From Candidatus Thorarchaeota archaeon (lineage in GTDB: Archaea; Asgardarchaeota; Thorarchaeia; Thorarchaeales; Thorarchaeaceae), in contig CP070761.1 of NCBI GenBank assembly GCA_020348985.1, positions 2,283,950-2,300,209 on the forward strand: a DNA stretch of 16,260 bases. The letters run 5' to 3'. Under the pieces are notes generated by a model. That model searched no databases. It saw only the letters and a list, made by a program, of their open reading frames with translations, and was not told where the DNA came from. The position numbers and the translations under genes are program-made. The first letter of the stretch is position 1; the number at the start of each line of letters is the position of its first letter. Below, in pieces: positions 1-8,020 of this stretch.

Positions 1-283
1 GGGTGTGAGAAATAATCCCTTCCTGAGACAGACCCAGAACCGTGCTCAATTCTTCTCTCCTGAATCTATGAAAGACGAGAACAAGAATCAGGAGGGGGAA
101 AAGCTTCGAAGGTAGGATGTTCAGCCACGTGTCTCCAAGTCCAAGTACAAATATGTCAACGATTCTCCACAGTGAGCCTATTGCCAGCATGATTGCGGAT
201 AGGCTAAGAAGACTCGACGTCGTCCACCAAGAATTCTCATCAAGCGGAGTTTGCTTTTCCTGCCGCGTTGTTGTGCTGGTCAT
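1..283 (-). CDS. Membrane protein, N-terminal part only (runs off window start); possibly CPBP/Abi-family intramembrane glutamic endopeptidase
   Basis: Not in ORF track. Manual translation from ATG at 283-281 is open to the edge: MTSTTTRQEKQTPLDENSWWTTSSLLSLSAIMLAIGSLWRIVDIFVLGLGDTWLNILPSKLFPLLILVLVFHRFRREELSTVLGLSQEGIISHT. Two hydrophobic segments followed by a 'LGL' motif, as in CPBP N-termini. The catalytic EExxxR motif is not in the window. Confidence 0.55.
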   Translation of the reverse strand, partial: MTSTTTRQEKQTPLDENSWWTTSSLLSLSAIMLAIGSLWRIVDIFVLGLGDTWLNILPSKLFPLLILVLVFHRFRREELSTVLGLSQEGIISHT

Positions 284-378
284 AGCTTGAGCTCCGCTGT
301 GAACGTATTGCAAGACGGCGTGCCCTTTCAGCCAATTTAAGGCCGTACCAATTCCAGGCCAAGCAAAGGAAGATGACC

Positions 379-726
379 CTACAACTCCCCGTGCACGATG
401 GCTCTGGCAAACTCCTTCACCATGGCCTCCGACTCGGGGTATCTCACGATTGTCGTGAGCCGTTCTCCACATTTCAATGAAAGCTGCAATTCCTTCTCCC
501 TAGCAACAAGCAACACAATCTTCAGGGCGATCACTCGCCAATTCTCGATGTCAATCTCTGCGTCAGCTGTTTCTCCAATTACGTCGCGAACGATGGCTTC
601 GAATCTCCTGGAATGTTCAAACTTGACCCTCTGACCTAACAGCTCGAGGATACGCATCTTCTCGACGTCATTTGCGAGTTCTGCTCTGGAAAGAAGCGAC
701 TCCACAGAAACAGTGTCAGATGTCAA
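379..726 (-). CDS. Hypothetical alpha-helical protein (~115 aa; likely TTG start at 726 rather than ATG at 867)
   Basis: Same frame as ORF 379..867. TTG at 726-724 is preceded by GGGGA and by a TTTATAA box at 767-761. Amphipathic helical composition begins at that codon. Confidence 0.65.
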   Translation of the reverse strand: MTSDTVSVESLLSRAELANDVEKMRILELLGQRVKFEHSRRFEAIVRDVIGETADAEIDIENWRVIALKIVLLVAREKELQLSLKCGERLTTIVRYPESEAMVKEFARAIVHGEL

Positions 727-760
727 ACAGAGTCCCCGAGAATTGAAGACCACCTGTTTG

Positions 761-767
761 TTATAAA
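761..767 (-). promoter_or_regulatory. Archaeal TATA box candidate (TTTATAA)
   Basis: Matches TTTA[A/T]A consensus about 35 nt upstream of the TTG at 726. Confidence 0.5.
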
Positions 768-891
768 TCAGATGCAGAAGTAGGATTTGGCTTTGCGGGA
801 CAAAAACAGACTCATTCAAGTATGGGCTCTTCCACAAGACATAATCTAGACGGAGGTCGAGAACCATTGATATCGGTCGAGAGCTGAAGAG

Positions 892-2082
892 TCACTCTAT
901 CTCGAAGAGCGTTTGTCTCTGGTCTGAAACATCCACTTCTTCAGTTACAAGTCGACGTAGCTTCATTGAGACCTTCCTGTCCCCCATCGCGATTCCTCCA
1001 ACAAGCTTGTCATTCTTGATAACCGCCTTGAAGTACCTGCCCTGCTCGCGATCGATTTGAACTACCGATTCGAACTCTGGGGTCTCAGGCCTTACAATCC
1101 CTATGGAGGTTAGGTCAATCCCTACTACTTGAAGAGTGTTCTGCGGTGTGACTCTTGCGAAGTTGGCGCTGCCTGGCTCAACAATGTTTCGAGCAGCAAT
1201 CCTGGATGTTGAAACAGCCCACGGGATTATCCCGTACCATTCTCCATCACACTCCATACAATCACCTGCCGCGTAAATCCCTTTGGCGGAAGTCTCCATA
1301 TGATTGTCAACGGCGATAGCTTTGCTAACAGCTAGTCCAGATTGCCGCGCCAGGTAGGTGTTCGATCGCACACCGGTAGCTACAACTATCAAGTCCCCCT
1401 CAATTGTGTCTCCTTTTGACGACACGACTCCTGCCACTGAGACGTCTCCTATCACTTGATTACATGTGAAGTTAAGCAAGACTGTGATTCCCATTTCTTC
1501 AAGCCGATGAAGAAGAACGCTGCTAGCCCCAGCATCAAGCTGAAGTGGTAGCAGTGTATCAACATTCGTCACAATGATAGGGTCTCCGCCAACTTGCTTC
1601 ATTGCCGCTGCAAGTTCAACACCGAGTATTCCTCCGCCCACGACAATCTCTCGGCCTGCTCCCTTCACAGCCTCCCTAATGTCTATGGCGTCATCCAAGG
1701 TTCGTAGAACGTGCACCCCCTTCTTCTCAGCCCCCTGAATTGGTGGTACGAATGGATGACTTCCAACGGCAACGAGAATGCGGTCAAACTTCCCATGACT
1801 ATTGCCGAAAGTTTCTAAGCTAAGGTCCTTGGTTCCTATCTTGGTGATTGGAGATGCGAGATTCACTTTGACATCATTCTTCAAATACCAATCATATCCA
1901 AATTGCACAACGTCTTCACCGGTACGCCTTCCTGCAATATAGTCAATGAGGTTGGGACGAGGATAGTAGCCCCATCTCTCATCGGTGAAGATTTCAATGT
2001 CGAAGCTCTCGTCACTCTTCCTAATCTCTCGGATTGCGGTCGTCGCAGCTACACCATTTCCAACGATGCCAACCCTCGTCAT
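892..2082 (-). CDS. FAD-dependent pyridine nucleotide-disulfide oxidoreductase, NAD(P)H:rubredoxin oxidoreductase / NirB N-terminal-like
   Basis: FAD motif GIVGNGVAA, YxRPxL (YPRPNL), VAVGS, NAD motif VGGGILGVE, ATG motif VVATGVRSN, GD motif TSAKGIYAAGDC, and a rubredoxin-reductase-like C-terminus (YFKAVIKNDKLVGGIAMGD). Confidence 0.9.
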   Translation of the reverse strand: MTRVGIVGNGVAATTAIREIRKSDESFDIEIFTDERWGYYPRPNLIDYIAGRRTGEDVVQFGYDWYLKNDVKVNLASPITKIGTKDLSLETFGNSHGKFDRILVAVGSHPFVPPIQGAEKKGVHVLRTLDDAIDIREAVKGAGREIVVGGGILGVELAAAMKQVGGDPIIVTNVDTLLPLQLDAGASSVLLHRLEEMGITVLLNFTCNQVIGDVSVAGVVSSKGDTIEGDLIVVATGVRSNTYLARQSGLAVSKAIAVDNHMETSAKGIYAAGDCMECDGEWYGIIPWAVSTSRIAARNIVEPGSANFARVTPQNTLQVVGIDLTSIGIVRPETPEFESVVQIDREQGRYFKAVIKNDKLVGGIAMGDRKVSMKLRRLVTEEVDVSDQRQTLFEIE

Positions 2083-2217
2083 CCAAATCAGCTTCAGTCA
2101 AAGTCGACCTGCGGTCCTAGGCATGTATTGTGATTAACGACCTATTGAGTATGACGTTAGTTCGATTTGATTGAGCCTCTATGTTCAGTTTCCTTTATCG
2201 AGATGGGCGTGAACATC

Positions 2218-3540
2218 CTATTCTGATTCTGATGCTCCTTCTATCATTTCAGTCTCAGAAGCCTGTGAGGTGTCTTCTCGAGTCCCCTCTTTCTGCCAAA
2301 TAGTTGACAACCTTGAAGTGATTCTGGTTGCCATTGAAGCTACCAGTCTCGCAGGCAACACGGCCAATCCAAACAGAACTCGCGATATCTTGTCTACCAT
2401 TGTTGCCTTCTCTGGATATCCGATGTATGCCAACGTGTGCTCTTTCAGAATGTCCTCCAGAGCAACAGCAAAAGCTTCCTTGGCCAAATTGGAGACATCT
2501 ACTCCGCGAAACACTTCACTTCTGCTGAAGTCCTTTCTGTCCATCACGCTCTTCCACTTCAGGTACTTCGCCTTCTCAAGAACATCTGTCAGGCTATAGA
2601 GAAGCTCCCCCATATTTGGAATCAAAGCTCGTTGGACCTCTGTTGGCGTGGGCTCATCTTTAAGATCGGTGTAGATTCTTTGTACCAGCTTCGTCTGTCG
2701 AAAAGCCGGCTTGAACCAAAGAACATACAGCAATCCCTCAATGCTTCGCAATGTGGCCTTGTTCCTTTCTTCAATGTGATCCGGAGTTTTGTCAAGAACT
2801 GCTTCTTTTGCTCTCGACACAGCTCCTCCAGCCAATTCTGTCCATATCCTATCGAGTTCGACTACTGCTTTTGCGTATCTGTAGAATTTGAAATCCAACC
2901 CATCTTCAATGTCTTCGGAACTAAGAAGAACAATGTCCTTAGTTCTGAATGCCCGGTCTCCGCTTGCTAGCGCCCAAAGCACTTCCAGGATGTTCTTCGA
3001 TCCAGGATGACTTTTCGGTATCTCGAGTCGAAGCGCATGATCACCAGGCTGAGCAACCAAGAAGCATGTGTCCAGAATGTCGTCGATGTCCTGAAATCCT
3101 GAAAGCGATGTGGGAAGTAAATCCATGGACCCGTGACCTGTAGTCGACCATACCACCATCTTCCCAGTGGATGTATTCTTCTCAATTATCACGCGCTCCT
3201 TGTCTCCGAGGTGATCGAATTCGTCAAGGGTGCCTTTGCTATAAGCCAGTACAGTGTACACAATGAATCGTTCTCTGTTCTCTTCCAATCCAGGGACTCT
3301 CAGAATGAGTCCTACCGTATCAAGGGGTTCTCCACTCGAGAGCCAGGCTCCTGTCGCCTGATCCCATTCCCATCTATCTCCTAATTCATAGAAGACCTCT
3401 CTTAAAGAGCGCAAGTCCTTTGCATCTCTTGCCTTTCGAAGAGTCTCCTCCTCCCAATCTTTGTAGTCTTTCTCTATCTTGGACATACTCTTCCTTTCTT
3501 TTTCCAACCACTGCTCATCTATCTTGAATCTTGCCTTCAT
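2218..3540 (-). CDS. Hypothetical protein (~440 aa) with a putative Vps62/NPP1(NLP)-like domain and a C-terminal amphipathic helix
   Basis: Long ORF (track start 3615). ATG 3540 is preferred because an AT-rich TTCAATAA box lies ~35 nt upstream. Motifs DHLGDKERVII, WSTTGHG and VAQPGDHAL occur in the order seen in Vps62/NLP proteins. The CDS is confident; the family call is moderate. Confidence 0.75.
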   Translation of the reverse strand: MKARFKIDEQWLEKERKSMSKIEKDYKDWEEETLRKARDAKDLRSLREVFYELGDRWEWDQATGAWLSSGEPLDTVGLILRVPGLEENRERFIVYTVLAYSKGTLDEFDHLGDKERVIIEKNTSTGKMVVWSTTGHGSMDLLPTSLSGFQDIDDILDTCFLVAQPGDHALRLEIPKSHPGSKNILEVLWALASGDRAFRTKDIVLLSSEDIEDGLDFKFYRYAKAVVELDRIWTELAGGAVSRAKEAVLDKTPDHIEERNKATLRSIEGLLYVLWFKPAFRQTKLVQRIYTDLKDEPTPTEVQRALIPNMGELLYSLTDVLEKAKYLKWKSVMDRKDFSRSEVFRGVDVSNLAKEAFAVALEDILKEHTLAYIGYPEKATMVDKISRVLFGLAVLPARLVASMATRITSRLSTIWQKEGTREDTSQASETEMIEGASESE

Positions 3541-3652
3541 TTTTCGGATTTCCTGTAGATACAGAATGCTGTTGCTTATTGAAAGCCCCACTAAGAACCG
3601 CAACCACTGATGCACACTTATGGATATCGTTCACTCCTTCATGGATATGCTC

Positions 3653-4687
3653 CTATCTGACGAATGCCGATGCAGTTTCGCTGAGGGCGCTGACCAACCA
3701 GTCGAGCTGTTCGTCGATCGCAATTGGTTGCACAAACAGAGAGTCCGCTGTCTTGAATTGGAGGAGTGGAGACGGATTTCTGATAGAGACCATCATCCCT
3801 TTGGGTGTCTCATGAGGCTCCACAAACCATCCTTCAGACTTCACCAGCTTCAGAGAATGGATACGCTCGATTAGGCGGGCTGTGAGTTGCTGTGAAGAGG
3901 TCACTGTAATGCTTTCGTATTCTCTAGAAGGAATTCCCATGATGTATCTTATTTCAGTTGACGTATCAGTCTTCGTATCCAGTATTATGTCAAATGCAAT
4001 ATCGAAGAGGATCTTCTTGTTATTCTTCACCAGCCAAATGACAGAAGGATGGCACTTCCCTCTGACCTTGACTTTCAAGAGTCTTCTTGTGCGATTAAGA
4101 ATGAAGAACTCTAACTCCTCGAAATCTTCTAGAAGATGACGGGTGCTAGTGCTCCAATATCCACTCAAGTATACGACTAGTGCCATTCCCGCCAGAATCG
4201 CTACGGATAGCAATGACGAATAAACGGTTCCAAGAATGCTAAGAAGAAAGGCACTAGAGACAGTTGCCCATACCAGAATGACAAACCATGCAAGATCATT
4301 CATATCATCAGTCTTTTCTGGTTCGCCACTGGAAACGGAGCCATATGCTTTCTCGAACGCCCGTGAAATCATCTCTGGATTTGACCTGACTTCTTCCTTC
4401 TTCCAGTTTGAATTGATGTCTGACGGATCTAGCAGAGTGAGCTGCCCTCGCGCCTTCTGACCCAATGAGTGAAATGTTCTTGTAGTTGGCAGACCAACAG
4501 AGACCTGAGCGGCGAAGAACGCAAAAGAGCTTAACATCGGGTCAGGGAGGGCACAGAGAGTATAGAGAATGAATCCATAGAGGAAGAAATCTACTAGCGA
4601 AAGTGCGACCACCTTTGTGTGCATCCAGTTTACTTGAGTCCAGTCCATGACAACGATTTCCTTGCTTGTATCTAGTGGACTCATCAT
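3653..4687 (-). CDS. Hypothetical membrane protein (about 4 TM segments in two hairpins, soluble alpha/beta C-terminal domain)
   Basis: 344-aa ORF with hydrophobic segments at ~aa 26-64 and ~120-165. No recognisable family motif. Confidence 0.8.
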   Translation of the reverse strand: MMSPLDTSKEIVVMDWTQVNWMHTKVVALSLVDFFLYGFILYTLCALPDPMLSSFAFFAAQVSVGLPTTRTFHSLGQKARGQLTLLDPSDINSNWKKEEVRSNPEMISRAFEKAYGSVSSGEPEKTDDMNDLAWFVILVWATVSSAFLLSILGTVYSSLLSVAILAGMALVVYLSGYWSTSTRHLLEDFEELEFFILNRTRRLLKVKVRGKCHPSVIWLVKNNKKILFDIAFDIILDTKTDTSTEIRYIMGIPSREYESITVTSSQQLTARLIERIHSLKLVKSEGWFVEPHETPKGMMVSIRNPSPLLQFKTADSLFVQPIAIDEQLDWLVSALSETASAFVR

Positions 4688-4797
4688 TGGGCATCACGAT
4701 ATGGTGGATGTCTTTTGCTCAGAGTGTCGCATAAAGACTTGATGCTTCATGTAAAATACTATGCCCGGATCCAGTTTTCTGTGCGTTCCCGAGGTTA

Positions 4798-5196
4798 TCA
4801 ATCTATGAAGAAGACATCGCCTATGTTCTCTGAGGTGACGACACGTATCCGCATGTCGTCTTCAAGGACGTGAGTGGCGTCTCTCACCTTTACTACGCCA
4901 ATTGCTTCTCCAGCGTAGGCTGCAGCCGCGAAGTCCCCTATTGCCTCGCCAAACTCTGCTAAGACCACTGAAACATTCGAGAATAGCAGCTCTAAGTCTC
5001 TTGGGTTTTGAATGAAGTGCTTCTCCAAATCAGAATCGAGGACGGCAATGTCATCTGCCCCCCATTCCCGCTGCAACTCGTCAGGAGTCCTGACGATGAC
5101 AACCCTGCCCGTGTGTTGCTTTGCCTCTCCCACCGATTCACCTCGTAGAATCGGGAAGATTATGACGTCATCCTCGTTTACCTGCTTCTCCGACAT
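4798..5196 (-). CDS. Stand-alone PEP-utilising enzyme mobile (swivelling phosphohistidine) domain-like protein lacking the catalytic His
   Basis: LRGESVG...TGRVVIVRTPDEL...DDIAVL and VVLAEFGEAIGDFAAAAYAGEAIGVVKVRDATHVLEDDMRIRV align with the family pattern G-x-v-r-v-v...gdIlV...aivteeGglTSHaAivArelgiPavvgv.dat..lkdG..v.vd. Confidence 0.65.
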   Translation of the reverse strand: MSEKQVNEDDVIIFPILRGESVGEAKQHTGRVVIVRTPDELQREWGADDIAVLDSDLEKHFIQNPRDLELLFSNVSVVLAEFGEAIGDFAAAAYAGEAIGVVKVRDATHVLEDDMRIRVVTSENIGDVFFID

Positions 5197-5361
5197 TGGC
5201 AGACCCCATTGGTGTCAAATCTACCTAACAGCGTCCCCACTGTACGTGGCATAGGACTTTAACGTTTCGGGAATTTGCTCTTTTCTCTTCTTGGAATCGT
5301 TGACGAGGTCATCTACCCTATAGCTAATATTGTCCATTGGGTATGACCTCGTTGAAAGACT

Positions 5362-5889
5362 ATGACGGTTTACGAGTTTGAAGGAAGAATTCCCAAGATT
5401 GGAGCGGGAACATATGTCAGTTCCAAAGCATCTGTCATTGGGAATGTCACAATAGGAAGAGAATGCTACGTCGCACCTGGTGCTGTGGTAAAGGGCGACT
5501 ACGGTGAGGTCCGTGTTGGTAATGGCTGCAGCATTCAAGACAATGTCATCATCCATGCCCGTCCAGATGAGCTTACTACTATTGGGAATGACGTGACATT
5601 GGGACACGGATGCATTGTTCACAATGCAACAGTCAAGGATGATGCCGTCATAGGTATGGGTGCGATTGTTTCGGACTACGCAACAGTAGGCATTTGGTCT
5701 TTGATAGGAGAAGGTGCAGTTGTCAGGCAACATTTTGAGGTTCCTGATGGCAAGATTGCCGTTGGCGTCCCGGCCAAGGTGATAGCAGATGTTATGAACC
5801 ATCACAAGGAAGAACTCACAAAGTTCAAAGGAATCTATCGAAGTCTTGCCGCAAGATATCCAACTGGGCTGAAGGAAATCTCTGAATAG
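5362..5889 (+). CDS. Gamma-carbonic anhydrase family protein (YrdA/CaiE/PaaY-like, left-handed beta-helix)
   Basis: Hexapeptide repeats (VIGNVTIG, TTIGNDVTLG, IGMGAIV), three metal-ligand His (IIH, GH, VH), and GVPAKV followed by a C-terminal helix. Confidence 0.93.
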   Translation: MTVYEFEGRIPKIGAGTYVSSKASVIGNVTIGRECYVAPGAVVKGDYGEVRVGNGCSIQDNVIIHARPDELTTIGNDVTLGHGCIVHNATVKDDAVIGMGAIVSDYATVGIWSLIGEGAVVRQHFEVPDGKIAVGVPAKVIADVMNHHKEELTKFKGIYRSLAARYPTGLKEISE

Positions 5890-5900
5890 TTCGCCAGGAA

Positions 5901-5928
5901 CAGAAAAGGAGGAGGCTCGGACCTCCTC
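5901..5928 (-). terminator. Stem-loop terminator candidate between convergent genes
   Basis: GAGGAGG (5909-5915) / CCTCCTC (5922-5928) form a perfect 7-bp stem with a 6-nt loop, followed on the minus strand by CTTTTCTG, about 10 nt past the permease stop. Confidence 0.55.
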
Positions 5929-5937
5929 AAAGACGGA

Positions 5938-6696
5938 TTAGACGAGTGATACTAGCCTGTCCCTATTGAACCTCGTCCAAGCAAGCACCCATGTGACACC
6001 CATGAGTGCCAGAGCTATCAGGAGAGTAACAAAGTTGGCAAACCACTGGGCGTTGAGATCTGGAACACCTGTCCCAATTCCTGCGAAGGAACCAAACATC
6101 GGGATGAACATGATTAGTACGATTCCTCCCACCATCTGATAGGCTTCATAGACTCGAGATACTCTCCCACTGACGATTATCATTACTGAAACCGTCGCCA
6201 GGATCATGACCGGAGAGACAACACAAATCAAGAACAAGCCAGGAAGGTCAGGAATGAGAACTGGAGCTCTTCCTGCAAGCACAATTAATACATTCGAGCC
6301 CAACGACGTTATCACTGTGACTCCAGCAAGAATCGCCATGCTAGGTAGGAATGCACTCAATGTCTTCCCGAGCAGCAGCTCGGTGTCTGTTAGCGGAGTG
6401 CAGAGGATTGGTTCCAGAGTGTTCTGTTCTCGTTCGCCAACAAAGGAATTGGCAGAAATCATGGCTGCAGGGATGATGGTAAAAACGGCCAACATGGCTG
6501 ACAAAGTAGGTAATAGATAGCCCATTATGAGGTCAAAAGATGAAGGATCAAGGAATATCGGGACGCCAATCATAGCTATGCCCATTATAGGTCCCAATGC
6601 AGGCAAAGCGAGAATGCCATACTTTACGAACTTGACTTTCAACGCCATTCTCAGGTCTGCCCTGGCAACAATCATTGACTTCGTCAATACCATCAT
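5938..6696 (-). CDS. ABC-2 type transporter permease
   Basis: About 6 TM segments; motif SFVGEREQNTLEPILCTPLTDTELLLGK matches ABC-2 GEKExxTLExLLxxP...LGK. ATGA overlap with the upstream ATPase stop; RBS GGGAGGTGA at 6708-6700. Confidence 0.92.
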   Translation of the reverse strand: MMVLTKSMIVARADLRMALKVKFVKYGILALPALGPIMGIAMIGVPIFLDPSSFDLIMGYLLPTLSAMLAVFTIIPAAMISANSFVGEREQNTLEPILCTPLTDTELLLGKTLSAFLPSMAILAGVTVITSLGSNVLIVLAGRAPVLIPDLPGLFLICVVSPVMILATVSVMIIVSGRVSRVYEAYQMVGGIVLIMFIPMFGSFAGIGTGVPDLNAQWFANFVTLLIALALMGVTWVLAWTRFNRDRLVSLV

Positions 6697-7643
6697 CTGT
6701 CACCTCCCAGAATCACCTCTAGATAGAGGTCTTCAAGCGACATTTCCTCCTCAGCAAACTCAACGACTCTGACTCCCGCGTCAAGGAGTTGGCTTAGTAG
6801 GGTTGGGTTGTTATCGTACGGGTCTCTGATAGTTGCGAGTAATGTGTCAGCCTCAACTGTGACTTCTTCAACGAATTCCGCCGACCTGAGTATTTGCTCC
6901 GCATCTCCCAGGTTGCTGGCAATCCTGAGTCTATACTGCTCCTTTGCTTGAAGCTTTTCTCTCAACTCGTTTGTCTTCCCGTGGAGGATGATCTTCCCGT
7001 TATCGATGATTGCAATCGCGTCACATATCCGCTGAACTTCAGCTAAGTTGTGTGAATTGATGAAAAATGTTTGATTGTACTTCTCGGAAAGGCTGAGAAT
7101 GAGTTCACGTACTCTTTTCGCTGCAATCGGATCAAGCGCAGCTGTAGGCTCATCGAGCAAGAGAACCGAGGGCTCATGAAGAATTGCTCTACAAAGTGCA
7201 AGTCTCTGTCTATTCCCTGTGCTCAGTTCTCCAGCTTTGTCATCCTTCCTCTCCCACAAATCCATGAAGCTCAGAAGTTCCTCGATTCGCCCAGGAATCT
7301 CTTCTAAGGGAACATCGTACAGGCGGGCGAAGTACTCAAGATTCTCGTATGCTGACATCGTTGGATAGAGAGTATGGTTCCCTTCCTCAGGAAGCACGCC
7401 TGTCACTTCTCGCACCTTTACTGGACTCTCAATGATGTCGAAACCTGCCACAGTTGCGGTACCCCTTACTGGTTTGAGGAGAGTACAAAGCAACCTTATG
7501 GTTGTTGATTTTCCTGCGCCATTGGGGCCCAATAGTCCAAAGATGGATCCTTCTGGAACATCAAGACTCATCTCATTTACTGCTATAATATCTCCAAAGT
7601 TCTTTGTAAGTCCCGAAATGATTACTTCTCTGCTAGATTCCAC
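6693..7643 (-). CDS. ABC transporter ATP-binding protein (DrrA/NatA-like exporter), GTG start
   Basis: Walker A GPNGAGKS, signature LSTGNRQR, Walker B LLLDEP, H-loop NSHNL, and C-terminal SLEDLY motif. Confidence 0.95.
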   Translation of the reverse strand: MESSREVIISGLTKNFGDIIAVNEMSLDVPEGSIFGLLGPNGAGKSTTIRLLCTLLKPVRGTATVAGFDIIESPVKVREVTGVLPEEGNHTLYPTMSAYENLEYFARLYDVPLEEIPGRIEELLSFMDLWERKDDKAGELSTGNRQRLALCRAILHEPSVLLLDEPTAALDPIAAKRVRELILSLSEKYNQTFFINSHNLAEVQRICDAIAIIDNGKIILHGKTNELREKLQAKEQYRLRIASNLGDAEQILRSAEFVEEVTVEADTLLATIRDPYDNNPTLLSQLLDAGVRVVEFAEEEMSLEDLYLEVILGGDR

Positions 7644-7758
7644 GTTGAGAACAACCTACTAATCTTCTATGTCTGTCAACCACTTAAGCAATGCAGATTG
7701 CCAGACATGATTCCCTTTCAATAAGAGGATAAGAACCTAGCTAACAATGCGACCGTGG

Positions 7759-8010
7759 CTAAACTGAAATCAGTTTTGCCACGACAGCTGTTGTTGTCTC
7801 CTTTATGCCAGGTATCTTGTGTATACGCTTTGCTGTAATCTCGTAGAGATCTTCTAGAGTTGGCACTTCCAGCAGGACGACAATATCGTAGTCGCCAGTT
7901 GTGATTGCAATTCTTGTTGCCTCGACGATACTTCGAAGCTGCTCAACCACATCATCAGTGTGTCCAATCTCTATGTCCATCAGAATATACGCTTGAATTG
8001 AATTTCCCAT
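7759..8010 (-). CDS. Stand-alone Lrp/AsnC ligand-binding (RAM) domain protein
   Basis: 83 aa with AYILM...ITTGDYDIVV...IHKIPGIKETTTAVV pattern and no HTH. RBS GGTGA overlaps the upstream stop codon. Confidence 0.92.
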   Translation of the reverse strand: MGNSIQAYILMDIEIGHTDDVVEQLRSIVEATRIAITTGDYDIVVLLEVPTLEDLYEITAKRIHKIPGIKETTTAVVAKLISV

Positions 8011-8020
8011 CTTTAATCCC

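Noticed and set aside
349-358. CAATTCCAGG, identical to 13744-13753 of the candidate operator
   Set aside because: Only a half-site, with different spacing to the TATA-like box. A 10-mer match between intergenic regions is plausible by chance.
2181-2216. ATGTTCA...TGAACAT inverted repeat right after the 2218 stop
   Set aside because: Imperfect interior and no adjacent U-tract; insufficient to call a terminator or ncRNA.
3541-3615. Hydrophobic N-terminal extension MHQWLRFLVGLSISNSILYL as a signal peptide
   Set aside because: It overlaps a probable promoter box and lacks a clear cleavage or anchor pattern, so ATG 3540 is preferred. Not fully excluded.
2270-4460. Several plus-strand ORFs of 64-177 aa
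   Set aside because: All overlap longer minus-strand CDSs and have atypical Ser/Phe/Leu-rich shadow composition.
5221-5805. 194-aa minus-strand ORF
   Set aside because: Antisense shadow of the well-supported gamma-CA gene, with no motifs of its own.
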